Positions 58,772-64,000 of a stretch of DNA of 64,000 nucleotides are shown in pieces. The notes beneath the pieces are model-generated. The model worked only from the letters and a program-made list of their open reading frames with translations. It made no database searches and was not told where the DNA came from. The translations under genes were made by a program, and so were the position numbers. How positions within the stretch are numbered: position 1 is the first letter of the stretch; each line of letters begins with the position of its first letter. Source of the stretch: Bdellovibrionota bacterium (GTDB taxonomy: Bacteria > Bdellovibrionota_G > JALEGL01 > DATDPG01); the NCBI GenBank assembly GCA_963668355.1, contig OY764265.1:2048001-2112000 (forward strand), in the 5' to 3' direction.

Positions 58772-58986
58772 AACGTCCTAATAACACAACGCGTTAAGTT
58801 CTTCAATTAGGATTTATGTGGAGGTTTTTCTTCCGCAAAGAATTGGAAGGTAACTTCCTAAAAATAAAGGGAAAAAATGTGTTTTAGGAGAATGCGAATT
58901 GGCGCGAGGCGTTGGGTTGTGGTAAGGGTTTTTTTTGGAGGCGAGATATGCGCAATGCGAAAGCTCATGTTTGGTATTTGGATTCC

Positions 58987-59466
58987 ATGGTAGCCAAATT
59001 ATTTTTAATCCTTTCGGCTTTCTTGGTGATGGCCAATTCGGTTTTGGCCGCACCGATACGTCCCATGGATTTGGTGGGAACCTATGAGGGCGTTCGAGAG
59101 TCTTCTGTTCCTCAGAACGCGGATCCGCTCCACCGTGATCGATACCGTCAGAACCGATTGAAGAAGGCGTCTTTGACCATCTCTGTGGTGAAAGAGGGTT
59201 TTCTTCTTTTGGCATTTTTCTCCGGAACGAGTGCTCGGGATCCATATAAAGGGGAGGGGTTGAGCGTGGTTGTTTCTGCGTCGAAACTTTCTTCCCTATT
59301 GGAGGATTGTGGGAAGTTACGCACGTTTGAAACCGACCGAGGAGATCTTACCCTTTCTCTGGATGATGAGTCCTGCCTTCTTTCTTTTGTGGAAATGGAT
59401 AAGAATGGTTTTGGCGGACAACCTCGCTTCAAAGATCGAATGGTTCAAATTCGAAGAGTTAAATAA
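58987..59466 (+). CDS. Hypothetical exported protein
   Basis: Signal peptide MVAKLFLILSAFLVMANSVLA. Confidence 0.5.
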   Translation: MVAKLFLILSAFLVMANSVLAAPIRPMDLVGTYEGVRESSVPQNADPLHRDRYRQNRLKKASLTISVVKEGFLLLAFFSGTSARDPYKGEGLSVVVSASKLSSLLEDCGKLRTFETDRGDLTLSLDDESCLLSFVEMDKNGFGGQPRFKDRMVQIRRVK

Positions 59467-59471
59467 TCGGA

Positions 59472-60455
59472 TTAATACAATTTGCAGGTGTATTCGTTCG
59501 AGCGGTTTCGCTCACAGTCTGCAATTATTCCTTTTTTAGGCGATGAGACTTCAATGAATTGCTTGTTTACGAATATTTCGAAGGGATCTTCCAAAATTTG
59601 AATTTCGTACGTCGTTCCAAGGTCATCTCGGTAAACGGAAACGGTTTCTTTCATGCGATTCACTTCTTGGGCGAATTCTTCCGGGAGCGTGACCTCCGCA
59701 CCCGCCGAGGTTGCAATGGTGAGTAAAAGGGCTGCAGCCCCAGCTGTGGAGAACTGCTCCCAGCAAAATGGACCTTCAGCGTACTTCAAAGCGCAATACC
59801 CAACGCCCGTAGCTACGGTTAGGCCGATGGCCCAAGCGGGGGTGTCTGGGTGAGAAAGAATGCCCTCCACGGTCTGTAAGATTTTTTCAACATTTTCTCG
59901 AATCGGGTGCGTTTGATGAAGCGGACCTTCAATCGAGATCGTAGGAATGGGTTGGTAAAAAAGAAGCGAAATCCAACTGGGTTTGGGATTCAAAAAATGA
60001 AAGGCTTGGGGAATGGGGGGGCAATATCGAAGATTACTTTCGGGAAGGCAATCCAGGGAATACCAAAGTTTTACAGGCGTGCATCGGTGAGGGAAGTTTC
60101 CTGCATTTTGACTGGCGAAGAATCTCCATCGGTCAAACATTGTTTCCCCATCCCCCACATGCATGCCTTCATTCAGACAATGGGTTCGACAATAGCCTTC
60201 ATGAGCATTCTGACAAACGGGTTCGCTGGGATAGATGGGTTCGGAAATATACCCGGCAAATTGTTTATTTGAGAAAGCGATACGTGAAAAATCCAGTTGC
60301 GTCCCTAAGTTTAAGTTGGCTTTGCACTGACAAACAGCAAAGTAATTTACAGGAGAATGGGGTGGCGCGGTGGTGGTTGCCTCGGCTCGAGAGCAAAAAA
60401 GGAGGGCAAATATTCCTCCACACAAAATTATGGCAACCCACTGCATCGCTTTCAT
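59472..60455 (-). CDS. Hypothetical Cys-rich exported protein with hydrophobic hairpin
   Basis: Signal peptide; many Cys; two hydrophobic segments. Confidence 0.55.
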   Translation of the reverse strand: MKAMQWVAIILCGGIFALLFCSRAEATTTAPPHSPVNYFAVCQCKANLNLGTQLDFSRIAFSNKQFAGYISEPIYPSEPVCQNAHEGYCRTHCLNEGMHVGDGETMFDRWRFFASQNAGNFPHRCTPVKLWYSLDCLPESNLRYCPPIPQAFHFLNPKPSWISLLFYQPIPTISIEGPLHQTHPIRENVEKILQTVEGILSHPDTPAWAIGLTVATGVGYCALKYAEGPFCWEQFSTAGAAALLLTIATSAGAEVTLPEEFAQEVNRMKETVSVYRDDLGTTYEIQILEDPFEIFVNKQFIEVSSPKKGIIADCERNRSNEYTCKLY

Positions 60456-60585
60456 AAGATATTCCCCGGTCGCAATGACCAAAGACCTTATTACTTAAAA
60501 TGACATATGGCGTCAAGTCGGTTGGGGGAGTTTTTTTTCAGTAAGTATTTGAAACTGCGCCAAAAATTTCTTTTTTGATCGAAAG

Positions 60586-62070
60586 ATGCGTAAGGTTTTG
60601 CATGTGAAGTGGAAGTCTTCGATCCTTGTGTTATTCGCTCTCATTTTCCTTCAATCCGTTTGGCATTTAGGTCTTTGGGCGAAGGGTTTTTCGGCTTTGT
60701 CGACCGACGAGTATTTGCGCCTTTATTTTTCAGCTTCCTGGGCCAACCATCCCAGACTGTTTATTCCGGGTGAGTTTTTACCGGCTTACTTTTACTTATA
60801 TGGAAGCGCAATTGGGTTGGGAGAGAATATTCTTTGGGCGGGGAGAGGGGTGACCCTCCTGCTTTCCCTCACGTTTCTCTTAACGTACTTCGCTTCCGTT
60901 CGACGGTTTTTTCGTTCTTCCACGGTCGCGCTTTTTTCCCTCGGTCTTGTGATGTTTTCTCCGCTGTATATGCGGATTTCAACCACGCCTTTGTCCGAGA
61001 TTGGCGCGTTAGCCTTCATGTTTCTTTCGATATTTTTCTTTGTGCGTTGGAAACAGAAGGAGGCTTCTGGAGTTTTGGATGTCAACTTGGGGTGCGTGAT
61101 TCTGGGACTATTGGCGGGCAATTTACTTCGATATGAATCCTGGGTTTTCTCGATTGTCCTTCTGGCCTTCATATGGGTTGAGATTTTGCGGAAACACCCA
61201 ACGTTTTGGGAGTTGTTGCTTGGGGCTCTGTGTTCAATGCTGCCGATAGGTGCCATTGCAGGATGGCTCATGATCGGGCAGGTCTATTTTTCCAATCCGA
61301 CAAAGTTCATTCCCAAAACCCCGGTCGATTCTTTGGATGAGATGTTTCGATATTTGTTGTTGTATCCGAAGTTGATTCTTGGGTTATATCCTTTGCTTTT
61401 CGGGGGAATTCTTCTGATGCTGGGAAGGTTTAGGAGGGTTTTTCGAAAAAATGACTCCCGAATTTTTTGGGGTTTGAGTTCCGTCTTTTTCGTTTTCTTG
61501 GCCTATGTCAGCCTAAGGTATGGCCGCCATCATGTCATATTGCCTGAGCGGACATTGTTGTTCTTTGTTGTGTTTGTCTCCCCTTTGGTGGCTTCTGTCT
61601 TGGTCGAAGTCTGGACCTTTCGGAAAAGTCGATGGAAAAGGGGGTCCTTGGTTTTGGCCTCTGTGCTTTGCGTGGTTTGGTCTCACTGGGTTTTTGCATC
61701 TTTGCCGAAGCCGCCGCTTCCCGAAGCTAAGCGAGTGGGAATCTTTTTGAAAAAAACCGTGAAAGAACATGAAAACGTTTTGGTGGAAAAAGTCGGCTGG
61801 GACTGGAGTGTCATTTATGTTGAATCGAATTTGATGGGACAAATCTTTTTTGATCGACGTTCTCTTTTGGGAAAACGTATGACCGCAGATGAATCCCTCA
61901 TTCAACTCTTGTCGAAAAAAGAATTGAGAGAAGCCTTGGTTGAAGGAAACGTGTCGTATGTCGTTTTAAAAACACCAAAGCTCAAAAAAGTTTTTCACCA
62001 AAAATTTCCTACCATCAAGGAGATTAAGAAAGCGTCGTTCTCCATCTATGAATTTGGTCGGAGGGGTTAG
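60586..62070 (+). CDS. GT-C fold membrane glycosyltransferase (ArnT/PMT-like)
   Basis: Early STDE motif after first TM, PLSE, LLRYESW; many TM helices. Confidence 0.7.
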   Translation: MRKVLHVKWKSSILVLFALIFLQSVWHLGLWAKGFSALSTDEYLRLYFSASWANHPRLFIPGEFLPAYFYLYGSAIGLGENILWAGRGVTLLLSLTFLLTYFASVRRFFRSSTVALFSLGLVMFSPLYMRISTTPLSEIGALAFMFLSIFFFVRWKQKEASGVLDVNLGCVILGLLAGNLLRYESWVFSIVLLAFIWVEILRKHPTFWELLLGALCSMLPIGAIAGWLMIGQVYFSNPTKFIPKTPVDSLDEMFRYLLLYPKLILGLYPLLFGGILLMLGRFRRVFRKNDSRIFWGLSSVFFVFLAYVSLRYGRHHVILPERTLLFFVVFVSPLVASVLVEVWTFRKSRWKRGSLVLASVLCVVWSHWVFASLPKPPLPEAKRVGIFLKKTVKEHENVLVEKVGWDWSVIYVESNLMGQIFFDRRSLLGKRMTADESLIQLLSKKELREALVEGNVSYVVLKTPKLKKVFHQKFPTIKEIKKASFSIYEFGRRG

Positions 62071-62085
62071 GGTTTTTTCTTATAA

Positions 62086-62106
62086 GTGGTGGGCGGTACT
62101 GGGATT
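62086..62106 (-). repeat. 21-bp duplicate of the tRNA-Val 3' end (att-like)
   Basis: GTGGTGGGCGGTACTGGGATT identical to 62218-62238. Confidence 0.9.
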
Positions 62107-62218
62107 TACGGACTCTCGTCCGTAGATCCCTAAGGAGAGAATGAACCCACCCACTACGTGGGTACCCGGTTTCATTCTAATATTGCGTAGGACCTTCAAC
62201 CCCGTTTCTGTCGAAACG

Positions 62219-62293
62219 TGGTGGGCGGTACTGGGATTGAACCAGTGACCCTCTGGGTGTAAACCAGATGCTCTCCCGCTGAGCTAACCGCCC
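62219..62293 (-). tRNA. tRNA-Val(TAC)
   Basis: GGGCGGT acceptor stem, TTTACAC anticodon loop, GGTTCAA, CCA end; 75 nt. Confidence 0.97.
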
Positions 62294-62330
62294 TTTTTTG
62301 GAAGTGATCGGCCTTTTCTCATATTTTTCA

Positions 62331-64000
62331 TCAATGCACAATGCTATCGGGCTTTCCCGTCTTTTTTTTGTCCTTTTCCTCATAAATGGGGAGGTCAAAG
62401 CGGGACATATCTTTAAGAAACTCATCGGGTTTTTTCAGCTCCAGCGCCTGACGAAGCACTTCGTCAGCTTCTCCGGCGAATAGCAACTCCATCTCTTTGC
62501 GAATATGCTCTGGAACTTCCTCGATGTCTTTTTCGTTTTCTTTGGGAATGATGACGGTTCGGATATTTCCCCGATGTGCGGCCAGAATTTTTTCCTTCAA
62601 TCCACCAATGGGGAGGACGCGACCTCGGAGCGTGATTTCTCCAGTCATCGCGACATCCTTTCGCACCGGAATTCCCACCAGCGCAGAGGTGATGGAGGTG
62701 GCCATCGTTACACCCGCGGAAGGTCCATCTTTGGGGATGGCTCCTTCGGGCACATGGATGTGGATGTCGATGTGTTGGTAGAAGTCGTCTTTCAGCCCCA
62801 ACCCTTTGGCTCTGGATCGAACATACGAGAGGGCCGCTTGAGCCGACTCTTGCATGACATCCCCCAGTTTTCCGGTGATGGTGAGTTTTCCCTTTCCGGG
62901 CATGATGGTAACTTCCGTCAGGAGCAAGTCTCCTCCATGTTGCGTCCAAGCCAAGCCCGTCGTGATTCCCACGCCGCTTCGTTCTTCAGCTACACCATAT
63001 CGATGTTTGTGGGGGCCCAAGAAGGTTTTAACTTGGTCGGGGGTGATTTCTAAATGATGTTCTCGACCATGTTTCACTACTTCTTTCGCGACTTTTCGAC
63101 AGACGGAAGAGATCTCTCTTTCCAAATTTCGAACGCCAGACTCTCGGGTGTATCGACGGATGATTTCTCGAAGAGAATCCTCGGTAAACGTGATGTTCTT
63201 GTCGTGAAGACCGTTGGCCGAAATTTGTTTGGGGACGAGATGGCGAATGGCGATTTGCAGCTTTTCTTCTTCCGTGTAACCCGAAAGCTCAATGATTTCC
63301 ATTCGATCCTGCAGGGGCTTTGGAATACTGTATAGGTCGTTCGCTGTGGTTACGAACATGATTCTGGATAAATCATAATCCATATCCAGGTAGTGATCGT
63401 TGAACGTTCCATTTTGTTCGGGGTCCAGAACCTCCAATAAGGCTGCCGAAGGGTCCCCCCGAAAATCCATGGACATCTTATCCACTTCATCAATGAGAAA
63501 CACAGGATTTGACGTTCCAGCTTTCTTTAAGGACTGAATGACTTTTCCGGGCATGGAACCGATGTAGGTTCTTCGATGGCCGCGAATTTCGGCCTCGTCT
63601 CGAACGCCACCAACGGAAAGTCGTACAAATTTTCTCCCAGTCGCACCGGCAATGGACCGTCCCAAGGATGTTTTTCCAACTCCCGGAGGGCCCACAAAGC
63701 ATAGGATGGGTCCGCGCATTTTCTCGACCAATTTTTGTACGGCCAAATATTCTAAGATTCGTTTCTTGGGTTTTTCCAAGCCGAAATGATCTCGGTCGAG
63801 GACCTGTTCGGCGCTTTCAATGTCCAATTTGTCTTCGGAAAAGTGAAACCAAGGAATGGAAAGAACCCAGTCAATGTAATTTCGACAAACGGTGGCTTCA
63901 GCCGACATGGGAGACATCATCTTGAGTTTTTTAAACTCTTTTTCCGTCTTCTCCCGTGCCTCCTTGGACATTTTCTTTTCTTTGATTTGTTCTTCGAGTT
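62331..64000 (-). CDS. lon: ATP-dependent protease La, 5'-truncated by window edge
   Basis: [37 protein letters not shown]. Confidence 0.98.
   Translation of the reverse strand, partial: LEEQIKEKKMSKEAREKTEKEFKKLKMMSPMSAEATVCRNYIDWVLSIPWFHFSEDKLDIESAEQVLDRDHFGLEKPKKRILEYLAVQKLVEKMRGPILCFVGPPGVGKTSLGRSIAGATGRKFVRLSVGGVRDEAEIRGHRRTYIGSMPGKVIQSLKKAGTSNPVFLIDEVDKMSMDFRGDPSAALLEVLDPEQNGTFNDHYLDMDYDLSRIMFVTTANDLYSIPKPLQDRMEIIELSGYTEEEKLQIAIRHLVPKQISANGLHDKNITFTEDSLREIIRRYTRESGVRNLEREISSVCRKVAKEVVKHGREHHLEITPDQVKTFLGPHKHRYGVAEERSGVGITTGLAWTQHGGDLLLTEVTIMPGKGKLTITGKLGDVMQESAQAALSYVRSRAKGLGLKDDFYQHIDIHIHVPEGAIPKDGPSAGVTMATSITSALVGIPVRKDVAMTGEITLRGRVLPIGGLKEKILAAHRGNIRTVIIPKENEKDIEEVPEHIRKEMELLFAGEADEVLRQALELKKPDEFLKDMSRFDLPIYEEKDKKKTGKPDSIVH

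Overview
Chromosomal window of a Gram-negative bacterium. Gene style (many lipoproteins, deltaproteobacterial-type pilin, MshEN and PilZ proteins, DUF1501-type cluster, MYXO-CTERM-like tail) suggests Bdellovibrionota/Myxococcota; this is inference. Housekeeping genes (rpmB, murB, ppa, mltD-like, trhP, rapA, purC, rocD, aspA, lon, tRNA-Asp, tRNA-Val) alternate with many secreted or surface proteins. Highlights read from the sequence: (1) an intact IS110 recombinase element inserted into a REP-like palindrome, with an uninterrupted copy of that palindrome ~1.9 kb away; its 5' non-coding end contains four guide segments matching target and donor, i.e. a decodable bridge RNA with a GT core; (2) a probable selenocysteine peroxiredoxin-glutaredoxin fusion, split by the ORF caller at an in-frame UGA and followed by a SECIS-like hairpin; (3) eight sigma-54 (-24/-12) motifs, mostly before surface-protein genes, including all three paralogs of an uncharacterised secreted family; (4) a tandem PilZ/GNAT-like protein followed by a double-kinase hybrid sensor and two paralogous receivers; (5) a Tat/DUF1501-like plus cytochrome c lipoprotein operon; (6) a cobalamin riboswitch ahead of a small membrane protein; (7) short structured inserts bounded by tRNA 3'-end duplications at both tRNAs. 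No CRISPR array or rRNA was seen. Domain names come from motif recognition, not database searches.
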